From: an uncultured Actinomycetota bacterium
GTDB taxonomy: Bacteria; Actinomycetota; Acidimicrobiia; Spongiisociales; UBA5794
Assembly (NCBI GenBank): GCA_963700375.1
Contig: CAVOXF010000002.1
Coordinates: forward strand, 198,041-262,040
DNA length: 64,000 nucleotides
Direction of reading: 5' to 3'
Positions within the stretch are counted from its first letter, which is position 1. Each line of letters opens with the position of its first letter. The translations under genes and the position numbers were made by a program. Shown piece after piece: positions 20,501 to 28,447 of the stretch. The notes beneath the pieces are model-generated. The model saw only the letters and a list, made by a program, of their open reading frames with translations, made no database searches and was not told the DNA's origin.

Positions 20501-23500
20501 GACAACGACACTGGGTCCACTCCCGCCACGGACGATGACGATGCCGACGTCACGTTCACCGACGTGCCGCCGAACATTGGAGTCACGAAGACGCCGTCGG
20601 TCGGATCCGTAGATGAGCCGGGCGACACCGTCACCTTCGACGTGACCGTGGACAACGCGTCCGCTGAAGCTGTCACACTCAACACACTCACCGACACCGT
20701 ATTCGGCAACCTGCTGGATGCGGCCAACACCGCCGTCGACGCGAACACCTGCGCAACCGAGGATCGGGATATCCCGGCCGGCGGATCGTTCACCTGCTCG
20801 TTCGACGCCGATCTGGTCGGCACAGCGGCAGGGCCCGACCATCAGAACACGATCAGGGCTGTCGCCAGCGACAACGAGGGCACCCCTGCTGAGGACGACG
20901 ACTCCGCGACCGTCGGATTCGACGACATCCTTCCGACCATCTCGGTCGACAAGACCGTGAACCCGGGATCGCTCCCGGAGCCCGGTGGATCCGCGACCTT
21001 CTCGGTCTCGGTCGCCAACACGTCTGACGAGCCGATCACGCTCGACTCGCTGAACGATTCGGTGTTTGGGAACCTGCTGCTCGGCACCAACGCTGCCGTG
21101 ACGCTGAACACCTGCGCAACGGAGCCTCGCCCCATTCCCGTGGGCGGAACCTTCGACTGCACGTTCGTTGCCGACCTCGTCGGTGACGCTGCCGGTGCCG
21201 ACCACCTCGACCGGGTGACGGCTGGAGCCTCTGACGACGAGGGGAACGACACCTCGGCGTTCGATGAGGCAACCGTCGTCTACACGGACGTGCTGCCATC
21301 GGTCAGCATCTCGAAGTCGCCTTCGGTCGGCTCGATCCCCGAGCCCGGCGGACCGGTCACCTTCTCGATCCTGGTGGCCAATACGTCCATCGAGAGCATC
21401 GTCATCGACACGCTCAGCGACAGCGACTTCGGCGACCTCTTGGACGGCTCCAACCCGAACGTGTCGGCGAACACCTGCCCGGCGCAGGCGACCACCCTGC
21501 CGATTGGCGGGACGCTGAGTTGCGTGTTCACGGCCGTCGTCACCGGCGACGCCTCCGGAGCGGACCACAGCAACACCGCGACCGTTGAAGCCCACGACAA
21601 CGAGGACAACTCGGTCTCGGATAGCGACGACGCCATCGTCGAGTTCACCGACGCGCTCCCCAACGTTGACGTCACGAAGAGTCCCTCACCGGCCTCTGTG
21701 CCTGAGCCGGGGGACACCGTCACCTTCACCGTGACGATCGACAACACGGTCGACGAAGACGTGACGCTCACGGCGCTGGTCGATGACGTATACGGCAACC
21801 TGCTCGACAACGGCAACGCTGCCGTGTCGGACAACAGCTGCCCGACGGTGTCGCGCGACATCGCGGTCGGCGGATCGTTCACGTGCTCCTTCGACGCCTT
21901 CGTGGCCGGCAACTTCGGTGATCCGGCGCACATCAACACGGTCGAGGCCAGCGTCATCGACAACGAACTCAATCCGGCCACCGACGGTGATTCGGCAACC
22001 GTCACCTACAACGACGTGCCTCCGACCATCGACGTCTCGAAGAACGTCACACCGGGATCGCTTGCAGAACCTGGCGGACCGGCGGTCTTCACGGTCGAGG
22101 TGACCAACACCTCGGTCGAAGCCGTGACGCTTGACTCGCTCGTCGACAGCGACTTCGGCGACTTGCTCGACGCAGGCAACGGTGCGGTGTCCGCCAATAC
22201 CTGTCCGACGGTGCTGCGAGACATCGCAATTGGTGGAACGTTCGCTTGCACATTCACCGCCGATCTCGTCGGCGACGCGTCTGGTCCCGACCATGCCAAC
22301 ACCGTGTCGGCCGAGGCCTCCGATGACGACGGGAACCCGACAACCGACAGCGACGATGCGACCGTCGAGTTCGACGATGTGCTGCCGACGGTCACGACGG
22401 CGAAGACGCCAAGCGCGGGTTCGGTGTCCGAGCCAGGGGCCACCGTCACGTTCACAGTGAGCGTCGAGAACACCTCGCCCGAGTCGGTGACCTTGACCGA
22501 CCTCGATGACGACGTGTTCGGCGACCTGCTCGATATCAACAACACGGCCATCACCAACAACGCCTGCCTGACACCGTCGAGGGACATCGCGATCGGGGGG
22601 GCGTTCACGTGCACCTTCGATGCGTTCATCGCCGGCAACAACGGCGATCCGGCACATGAGAACACGGTGACGGCAATCGTCGAAGACAACGACGGGAATG
22701 ATGGAACTGACGACGACGACGCCACCGTGGCGTTCGGCGACACGCTCCCCACCATCGACGTCACCAAGACCGCGAACCCGGGATCCGTTGCGGAGCCGGG
22801 TGGGACGGTCACCTTCAGCGTGACGGTCGCTAACACCAGCGTCGAAGCTCTCACCCTGACGGCACTCGACGACGATCAGTATGGCGACCTGCTGGATGGC
22901 GGGAACGCGCTGGTGTCGGACAACACCTGCGCAGGCCCGGATCCGACCATCGCCGTCGGGGGCTCGTTCACGTGCTCCTTCGATGCCTTCGTGGGCGGTG
23001 ACGCCTCCGGATCCGACCATGTCAACATCGTCACGGCGACCGCCGAAGACGATGACACGAACGAGGTCATGGACGACGACTCGGCCGTGGTCACGATCAC
23101 CGACGTGCCGCCGACGGTCACGACGACCAAGACGCCGTCGGCTGCCAACGTGTCAGAGCCCGGGGACACCGTGACCTTCTCGGTCTCGATCCAGAACACC
23201 TCGCTCGAGTCGGTGACGCTGACGTCGCTGACCGACGATGTGTTCGGCGACCTGCTGACCGTGAACCCGCTGCTGTCCTCCAACACGTGCCCGTCACAGC
23301 CCGTCGACATGGCGGCCGGAGATACGTTCTCATGTAGCTTCGACGCATTCGTCGTCGGCAACTTCGGCGATGCTGCCCATGTCGACACCGTCACCGCGAC
23401 GGTACGTGACAACGACGGCACCACGGGGAGCGGCGGCGACGACGCCACCGTCGACTTCACGGACGCGCCGCCGAACATCAGCGTCGCCAAGTCGGCATCG

Positions 23501-26500
23501 CCGACCGCGGTCGATGAGCCTGGCGAAACGGTGACCTTCACCGTCGAGGTGACCAACTCATCCGTCGAGGATGTGACCCTCAACTCACTGAACGACGATG
23601 TGTTCGGGAACCTGCTGGACGCCGCCAACGCTGCGGTCTCAGCGAACACCTGCCCGGCGCAGCCGACCACCATTGCCGTCGGCGGCACCCTGACGTGCTC
23701 GTTCGACGCGTTCGTCGCCGGCGACTTCGGCGATCCGGCGCACATCGATACTGTGACGGCCGAAGTCGAGGACGACGATGGCAATGCGGCGGAGGACGAT
23801 GACACCGCCACCGTGACCTTCCTGGATCAGCTGCCGTTGATCGACGTGACGAAGACGCCGTCGACCGGTTCGCTCCCGGAGCCAGGTGGCACGGTCACGT
23901 TCAACGTTGTCGTTGCGAACAACGGGCCTGAGCCGGTGACAGTCACGACGCTCGACGACACGGTGTTCGGAGACCTGCTTGATCCCGCCAACCCGAATGT
24001 CATCATCAACACCTGCGCTGCCGAGCCGCTGACGATTCCCGTGAGCGGAAGCCTCACGTGCCTCTTCACGGCCGATCTGGTCGGCGATGCGAACGGACCG
24101 GCGCACGAGAACACCGTCAATGTGACGGCGGAAGACGACGAGGGGAACATCGCTCGCTCCGACGATCCGGCGACGGTCACGTTCACGGACGTTCTGCCGA
24201 CGGCCTCGGTCACCAAGACGCCGAGTGTCGGCACGGTGCCCGAGCCGGGCGCACCGGTGACCTTCACGGTCTCGGTGACGAACACGGCGCCAGAGGACCT
24301 GACCCTCGACGGTTTGACCGACGATGTGTTCGGCGATCTCCTCGATCCCACGAACCCGGATGTCGACTCCAACACCTGTCCGGATCAGCCGACGACGATC
24401 CTGGTTGGTGAGACGCTGACCTGCTCCTTCGAGGGCCTGGTCGTCGGCGATGCATCCGGTCCGGATCACGAGAACACCGTGACCGCGGAACTCTCGGACA
24501 ACGACGGCAACAACGTGACGCCCGATGACACGGCGACGGTGACGTTCGACGACGCTCTGCCGAACATCTCGGTGACGAAGACGCCGTCCGAAGGCGTCGT
24601 CACGGAACCGGGTGGGACGGTCACGTTCGACATCTCGGTCAGCGCCTCGGCTTCCGAGGAACTGACGCTGGCCGCCCTGGACGATGACGTCTTCGGCAAC
24701 CTGCTCGACCCGACGAATGCCGCGGTGTCGAACAACACCTGCGCCACCCAGTCGACCACGATTCCTACCGGTGGCACGTTCACCTGCTCGTTCGACGGCT
24801 TCGTCGCCGGCAACTTCGGTGATCCCGACCATGTCAATACGATCGAGGCGACCGCACGCGACAACGAGGGGAATGGGGCAACTGCCGACGACTCCGCGAC
24901 GGTGACCTTCGAGGACTACATCCCGACGATCACCGTCGGGAAGGCGGCGAGCGTTGCGAGCGTCGATGAACCAGGGGCTACCGTCACGTTCAGCGTCGAT
25001 GTGACCAACACCGGCGTCCAGGACGTCACGTTGACCGACCTCACCGACGACGTGTACGGCGACCTGCTCGACGCCGGCAACGGCCGGGTCAGCGCCAACA
25101 CCTGCGTGGCGCAGCCGACCACGATCCCAGCTGGTGACACGTTCACCTGCGCCTTCGATGCCTATGTCGCCGGAAACGCCGCTGGGCCCGACCACGTGAA
25201 CACGGTGTCGGCGACCGTGGAAGACGGCGACGGCGACGAGGCCACGGACGACGACCCGGCAACGGTCACGATCATCAACGTGCCCCCGGTCGTCACGGTC
25301 AACAAGACGGCCTCTGCCACGTCAGTCGGCGAGTCCGGTGGCACGGTCACGTTCACCGTCGTGGTCACCAACGGCTCAGACGAATCGGTGACGGTCACCG
25401 ACCTCGTGGACGATGTGTTCGGCGACCTCCTCGATCCGGCCAACCCCGGGGTCACCGCCAACACGTGCCCGGCCCAGTACACGGCACTGGCAGTCGGCGG
25501 CAGCCTGACCTGCACATTCGACGGATTCATCTCCGGCGATGCGAGTGGCCCCGCCCACGAGAACACCGTCACGGCCACCGTGGTCGATGACGACGGGACC
25601 ACCGACGATGACGACGACTCGGCGACCGTGGCGTTCGACGACTCGCCGCCCTCGGTCGAGGTCGCCAAGACCGCAACCGCTTCGGTCGTCGGGGCACCGG
25701 GTGAGACCGTGACGTTCATGGTCGAGATCACGAACGACGGCGATGAGGCGGTCACCATTACCTCACTCACGGACGATGTATACGGCGATCTGCTCGATGC
25801 CGGCAACACCGCGCTCTCGAGCAACACCTGTCCGCTGCAGCCGGTTGACGTCGCGGTTGGCGACAGCTTCCGCTGCACGTTCGACGGCTTCGTCGGAGGC
25901 GACGGGTCCGGTGTAGATCACGTCAACACGGTGACGGTCAATGCCATGGATAATGATGGCACCTCGACCGAGGGCGACGATTCGGCGACCGTGGTCATCA
26001 ACCCGGTGGTCATCCCGGCATCGGTATCCGGATATGTGTGGCTGGATCTCAACCCGAACTTCGAGTTCGACGCCACCGAGCCGCCGTTCACCGGCCTGAT
26101 GGTCCACCTCTACGACGCAGCCGGCTTCGAGGTGGGGTCGACCCCGGTCGGCACAGACGGCTTCTACCAGTTCGCCGACCTGCGGCCCGGCGACCACACC
26201 ATCATTGTTGATGGCGGGACCGTTGAGCCGGGCTATGTTGTGGTACTTGACCCCGACGGTGTCAATGACCTCAACACCACGGTCAGCCTGGCTCCGGGCG
26301 AGAATCTCGCGCATCGTGACTTTGCCTACCGCGGCGACGCCGAGATCGGTGACACTGTGTGGCTCGACTCCAACCGCAGCGGGGTCCAGGATGCCGGCGA
26401 ACCCGGCATCGGCGGAGTCGGTGCTGAGCTCGTGTGGGCGGGCCTTGACGGGGTCTTCGGGACGGCCGACGACTACCGCTACCCGGAGCAGCTGACGAAC

Positions 26501-26806
26501 TCGAATGGGAACTACCTCTTCGCCGGGCTCCCGCCGGGCTACTACCTGATCGCCGTCGACACGGTGCAGGGCATGACACCAACGACGGCGACGACCTTCA
26601 CGATCGACCTCGGCCCATCCGAGGCGTACATGCTCGGCGACGTCGGGATGGTTGCGACGGACCCCGAGCCGCTCCCGAAGACGGGTTCGGACACCGACCG
26701 ACTCGTGGCGAGCGGTGTGATGGCCATCATGTTTGGAGTTCTCTTGCTCCTCGGCGCGGCCTTCCTCCAGCGCAAACGCGACGACGAAGCCGTCGAGAGC
26801 ACATAG
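17531..26806 (+). CDS. Giant LPXTG surface protein, fragment 5 of 5 (repeats 16-38, two SdrD-B-like domains, sorting signal)
   Basis: 3091 aa. After the repeats come two modules of the G.VW.D.N.NG..D..E.G type. The C-terminus is LPKTG (26672-26686), then SDTDR, a hydrophobic helix LVASGVMAIMFGVLLLLGAAFL and a QRKRDD tail, which is a canonical sortase sorting signal. Confidence 0.9.
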   Translation: MDFTNVDPSIVVTKTADPTSLDEPGGDVEFTVDVENTSFESVTVTDLVDDMFGNLLGTDAALTGGASATSCNDSLPITIASGGTFSCTIDATLAGNAGDTHTNVVSVTAVDDDTGSTPATDDDDAVVTFDNVDPEITVVKTANPTTLDESGGDVVFTVVVTNDSPDESVTITDLVDDRFGDLLGADTALTGGASATRCNDSLPITIASGVTFTCTIDATLAGNAGTTHTNVVTVTAVDDDTGSTPATDDDDAVVTFDNVDPEITVVTKTANPTTLDESGGDVVFTVVVTNDSPDESVTITDLVDDMFGDLLGADTALTGGATATSCNDGAQAAIAAGATFTCTIDATLAGNAGTTHTNVVTATAIDNDTGSTPATDDDDAVVTFDNVDPTIEVIKTASPTNLPEPGGDVTYTVRVRNTSVEPVTITALTDDRFGNLLGLDANLTGGASATSCNDAPQAPIAVGGTFTCTIDAALVGADGGSHVNVVMATAVDNDPGSTPATDDDDATVNFGPSDLPSIVVTKTANPTSLAEPGGDVTFTVSVENTSVETLTITDLSDNRFGDLLGLDAALTGGATATTCNDALPIDIDASDTFTCTIDATLAGDAGDTHDNTVSATVEDTDANEATETDDATVTFTDVLPTITVDKTANPTTLDEPGGDVLFTVVVTNTSVEPVTITGLVDSRFGNLLGPDANLTGGATATSCNDAPQAPLPVSGTFTCTIGATLTGDAGQTHDNVVLATAVDNENNPAADADGATVTFIDALPTIEVTKAANPTTLAEPGGDVTFTVQVRNTSVETLTITDLSDNRFGDLLDIDANLTGGASATSCNDAPQAPIAVGGTFTCTIDATLAGDAGQTHENIVSATAVDNENNPATDDATETVTFTNVDPTILVTKTPAPASVPETGGNVVFTVQVENTSIEPVTTTVLSDDQFGNLLGLDTALTGGATATSCNGSLPITIAVGGTFTCTIDATLSGDVGDTHTNVVSATAIDNDTGSTPATDDDDADVTFTDVPPNIGVTKTPSVGSVDEPGDTVTFDVTVDNASAEAVTLNTLTDTVFGNLLDAANTAVDANTCATEDRDIPAGGSFTCSFDADLVGTAAGPDHQNTIRAVASDNEGTPAEDDDSATVGFDDILPTISVDKTVNPGSLPEPGGSATFSVSVANTSDEPITLDSLNDSVFGNLLLGTNAAVTLNTCATEPRPIPVGGTFDCTFVADLVGDAAGADHLDRVTAGASDDEGNDTSAFDEATVVYTDVLPSVSISKSPSVGSIPEPGGPVTFSILVANTSIESIVIDTLSDSDFGDLLDGSNPNVSANTCPAQATTLPIGGTLSCVFTAVVTGDASGADHSNTATVEAHDNEDNSVSDSDDAIVEFTDALPNVDVTKSPSPASVPEPGDTVTFTVTIDNTVDEDVTLTALVDDVYGNLLDNGNAAVSDNSCPTVSRDIAVGGSFTCSFDAFVAGNFGDPAHINTVEASVIDNELNPATDGDSATVTYNDVPPTIDVSKNVTPGSLAEPGGPAVFTVEVTNTSVEAVTLDSLVDSDFGDLLDAGNGAVSANTCPTVLRDIAIGGTFACTFTADLVGDASGPDHANTVSAEASDDDGNPTTDSDDATVEFDDVLPTVTTAKTPSAGSVSEPGATVTFTVSVENTSPESVTLTDLDDDVFGDLLDINNTAITNNACLTPSRDIAIGGAFTCTFDAFIAGNNGDPAHENTVTAIVEDNDGNDGTDDDDATVAFGDTLPTIDVTKTANPGSVAEPGGTVTFSVTVANTSVEALTLTALDDDQYGDLLDGGNALVSDNTCAGPDPTIAVGGSFTCSFDAFVGGDASGSDHVNIVTATAEDDDTNEVMDDDSAVVTITDVPPTVTTTKTPSAANVSEPGDTVTFSVSIQNTSLESVTLTSLTDDVFGDLLTVNPLLSSNTCPSQPVDMAAGDTFSCSFDAFVVGNFGDAAHVDTVTATVRDNDGTTGSGGDDATVDFTDAPPNISVAKSASPTAVDEPGETVTFTVEVTNSSVEDVTLNSLNDDVFGNLLDAANAAVSANTCPAQPTTIAVGGTLTCSFDAFVAGDFGDPAHIDTVTAEVEDDDGNAAEDDDTATVTFLDQLPLIDVTKTPSTGSLPEPGGTVTFNVVVANNGPEPVTVTTLDDTVFGDLLDPANPNVIINTCAAEPLTIPVSGSLTCLFTADLVGDANGPAHENTVNVTAEDDEGNIARSDDPATVTFTDVLPTASVTKTPSVGTVPEPGAPVTFTVSVTNTAPEDLTLDGLTDDVFGDLLDPTNPDVDSNTCPDQPTTILVGETLTCSFEGLVVGDASGPDHENTVTAELSDNDGNNVTPDDTATVTFDDALPNISVTKTPSEGVVTEPGGTVTFDISVSASASEELTLAALDDDVFGNLLDPTNAAVSNNTCATQSTTIPTGGTFTCSFDGFVAGNFGDPDHVNTIEATARDNEGNGATADDSATVTFEDYIPTITVGKAASVASVDEPGATVTFSVDVTNTGVQDVTLTDLTDDVYGDLLDAGNGRVSANTCVAQPTTIPAGDTFTCAFDAYVAGNAAGPDHVNTVSATVEDGDGDEATDDDPATVTIINVPPVVTVNKTASATSVGESGGTVTFTVVVTNGSDESVTVTDLVDDVFGDLLDPANPGVTANTCPAQYTALAVGGSLTCTFDGFISGDASGPAHENTVTATVVDDDGTTDDDDDSATVAFDDSPPSVEVAKTATASVVGAPGETVTFMVEITNDGDEAVTITSLTDDVYGDLLDAGNTALSSNTCPLQPVDVAVGDSFRCTFDGFVGGDGSGVDHVNTVTVNAMDNDGTSTEGDDSATVVINPVVIPASVSGYVWLDLNPNFEFDATEPPFTGLMVHLYDAAGFEVGSTPVGTDGFYQFADLRPGDHTIIVDGGTVEPGYVVVLDPDGVNDLNTTVSLAPGENLAHRDFAYRGDAEIGDTVWLDSNRSGVQDAGEPGIGGVGAELVWAGLDGVFGTADDYRYPEQLTNSNGNYLFAGLPPGYYLIAVDTVQGMTPTTATTFTIDLGPSEAYMLGDVGMVATDPEPLPKTGSDTDRLVASGVMAIMFGVLLLLGAAFLQRKRDDEAVEST

Positions 26807-26826
26807 CGGTCGAAACCGTTTCTCTG

Positions 26827-26847
26827 TCCCCCGCGCATGGTGGGGGA
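26827..26847 (+). terminator. Weak G/C hairpin downstream of the surface-protein stop
   Basis: TCCCCC-gcgcatggt-GGGGGA: 6-bp stem and 9-nt loop, 21 nt after the TAG at 26804-26806. There is no U-tract. Confidence 0.3.
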
Positions 26848-27018
26848 TAGAAGATCTCTCTGGCGCGCAGCTCTCCCGGTGCCACCCCCCAACGTTCGGC
26901 GGATTGAACCCCGCCCAGAGGTACCGTCACAGCGTGCTCACCGTAAGACCTCAGTTGATCAAGCGACGCGCCGAATGATGCTGATCCCATCGGCGAAGTA
27001 CGGCTGCGGGCGGACGAT

Positions 27019-27915
27019 GTGAACCGCACGGCTATCGGCATCACGATGGCCGCCATCGGCGGGATCATCTTTGGCACGAGTGCGGCGATCGTCGGCTTCG
27101 TCATCGACGATTTCGACCCGTTCAGGCTCTCGGCTCTGCGCGTCGCGATCGCTGGTGCCTGTCTTCTCCCCTGGGCGATCGCCTATCGATCGCAGATCAG
27201 CCGCGCTCCGGTACGGGTCGCCATGGTCGGGATGCTTCAGATCGTCCTCAACGGCTTCTTCTACATCTCGATCTCGCGAATCGGTGTCGGTCCCGCCGTT
27301 GGCCTCGAGTTCCTCGCACCGGTGCTTGTGGTGGTCTGGGACCGGGTCGCCGGCCACGCGCATCCGCGACCGATCACGTGGGCAGCGGTCGTCTCGTCCG
27401 TGATCGGGGTCGGTCTGCTGGTCCAGATCGGGAATCTGGAGACGCTCGACGTCGTCGGTGTGCTCGCCGGAATCGCATCGGCCGTCTTTCTCGCCACCTA
27501 TCTGCGGCTGAGCGAGGATGTGGGGGCGATCGTGGGTGGGTTCCCTCTCGCTGCCGGCGCCATCACAATGGGCGGTGTCGTCGGTCTCGTCATTGCACGA
27601 CCGTGGTCGATGCCGATGCCTTCGGATCCCACCGTGATGTGGGGTGTTGTGTTTCTTGGGACTCTCGCCATGGCTTTGCCACTGTCCTTGGAGATTGCAT
27701 CGCTCTCACGAACTCCGGCCCGGATCATCGGTGTGGTCATCACCATCGAACCGGTTGCGGCCGCGCTCACCGCGTGGGTGATCCTGGACGAATCGCTTGG
27801 TACATCCCAGATCGTCGGCCTCGTTCTGATCGTCGTAGCCGTGGCCGCGGTCTCTCTGACCGCTGCGAGCGCGCGATCCATTCCTTCCCCTCAGGGGAAG
27901 GTGGCAGCGCCGTGA
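27019..27915 (+). CDS. EamA/DMT family transporter
   Basis: 298 aa with about 10 hydrophobic helices in two halves. The track start is GTG 27019; the ATG at 27046 (MAAIGGIIFG...) is an alternative start. Confidence 0.75.
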   Translation: MNRTAIGITMAAIGGIIFGTSAAIVGFVIDDFDPFRLSALRVAIAGACLLPWAIAYRSQISRAPVRVAMVGMLQIVLNGFFYISISRIGVGPAVGLEFLAPVLVVVWDRVAGHAHPRPITWAAVVSSVIGVGLLVQIGNLETLDVVGVLAGIASAVFLATYLRLSEDVGAIVGGFPLAAGAITMGGVVGLVIARPWSMPMPSDPTVMWGVVFLGTLAMALPLSLEIASLSRTPARIIGVVITIEPVAAALTAWVILDESLGTSQIVGLVLIVVAVAAVSLTAASARSIPSPQGKVAAP

Positions 27916-28010
27916 GGCGCCGACGGAACGGGTCTCTCTGTCTCGGAGGTGGGGTGGTGACCCCCTACGCCCCGAGCTGCGCTCGGGCTACCTCCTTGAG
28001 GGGAAGGAAT
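27880..28010. repeat. 131-bp element bounded by perfect 14-bp inverted repeats (MITE-like, or a long bidirectional terminator structure)
   Basis: ATTCCTTCCCCTCA (27880-27893) is the exact reverse complement of TGAGGGGAAGGAAT (27997-28010). Internal hairpins are CCTTCCCC-tca-GGGGAAGG (27883-27901), GCGCC-gtga-GGCGC and CCCGAGC-tgc-GCTCGGG. The left arm lies in the last codons of the EamA gene and the right arm abuts the hoxW stop. Confidence 0.45.
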
Positions 28011-28447
28011 CAAACCTCGCTCACCAATTCCGTGATGACGGCGACTGCCCCGTCGATTGCCCGTGCCGTTGCTGGGGAGAGATCGAAGCCGAGCTCGAGG
28101 TTGGTCGCGGGGATTGAGACGACATAGGCGGCATCGGGCATTCGGCCCAGATCCCGAGCTAGGCGAAGCAGGGTTGCCGGGTCGGCATGGTGGCTCATGG
28201 CATGCGATCCCGCGACGCCGGCCTCGACCAGGGCGACGTCCAACTCAGCGGTATCGATGCTGGCATCGACGAAGATCACGATATCGGCCTTGGCAACCTC
28301 GAGCGCCAACTCGGGTGTGAGTTGTGACTGTGCGAGAACCTCGACGCCGGGAAGGGCGGCCTTCTCGATCAGCGAGGCGACGATGCGGCCGGCGCGATCG
28401 TCTCCGCGAAGATCGTTCCCGTATCCGACAACGAGGGCCTCAGCCAC
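28010..28447 (-). CDS. hoxW: [NiFe] hydrogenase maturation endopeptidase
   Basis: Contains ALVVGYGNDLRGDDRAG... typical of HybD/HoxW proteases. I prefer the GTG at 28445-28447, which overlaps the hoxH stop (GTGGCTGA). The track start at 28486 would overlap hoxH by 47 nt. Confidence 0.8.
   Translation of the reverse strand: MAEALVVGYGNDLRGDDRAGRIVASLIEKAALPGVEVLAQSQLTPELALEVAKADIVIFVDASIDTAELDVALVEAGVAGSHAMSHHADPATLLRLARDLGRMPDAAYVVSIPATNLELGFDLSPATARAIDGAVAVITELVSEV

Larger units (their letters stand above)
11845..25995 (+). repeat. Coding tandem array of 38 units of 120-128 aa (360-384 nt)
   Basis: Counted from the translations. Unit 1 is class II, with the motif (D/G)DLLD..N.AVS.NTC. Units 2-23 are class I, with the motif FGDLLG.DA.LTGGA(T/S)ATSCND. 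Units 24-38 are class II again. Each unit starts ..D(V/A)(D/L)P.I.V.KTA.P and contains exactly two Cys. Confidence 0.9.

Noticed and set aside
13365-25195. Very long minus-strand ORFs inside the giant gene (for example 13365-15578 at 737 aa, 17023-18759 at 578 aa, 18110-21595 at 1161 aa, 21686-23020 and 23639-25195)
   Set aside because: They are shadow ORFs. Their translations are Arg/Asp/Val/Ser low-complexity mirror images of the repeat units. They share wobble positions with the plus-strand frame, which explains the lack of stops, and they have no independent motifs.
11845-25995. Tandem repeat array as a possible CRISPR or non-coding satellite
   Set aside because: The units are 360-384 nt, directly abutting with no spacers. 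They are in frame and encode a conserved protein domain, so this is not CRISPR-like.
26807-27018. Possible tRNA or small RNA in the 212-nt spacer after the giant gene (GGCGG-attgaacc-CCGCC resembles a T-arm)
   Set aside because: No cloverleaf can be built: there are no acceptor, D or anticodon stems or conserved GTTCGAATC-type loop around it.
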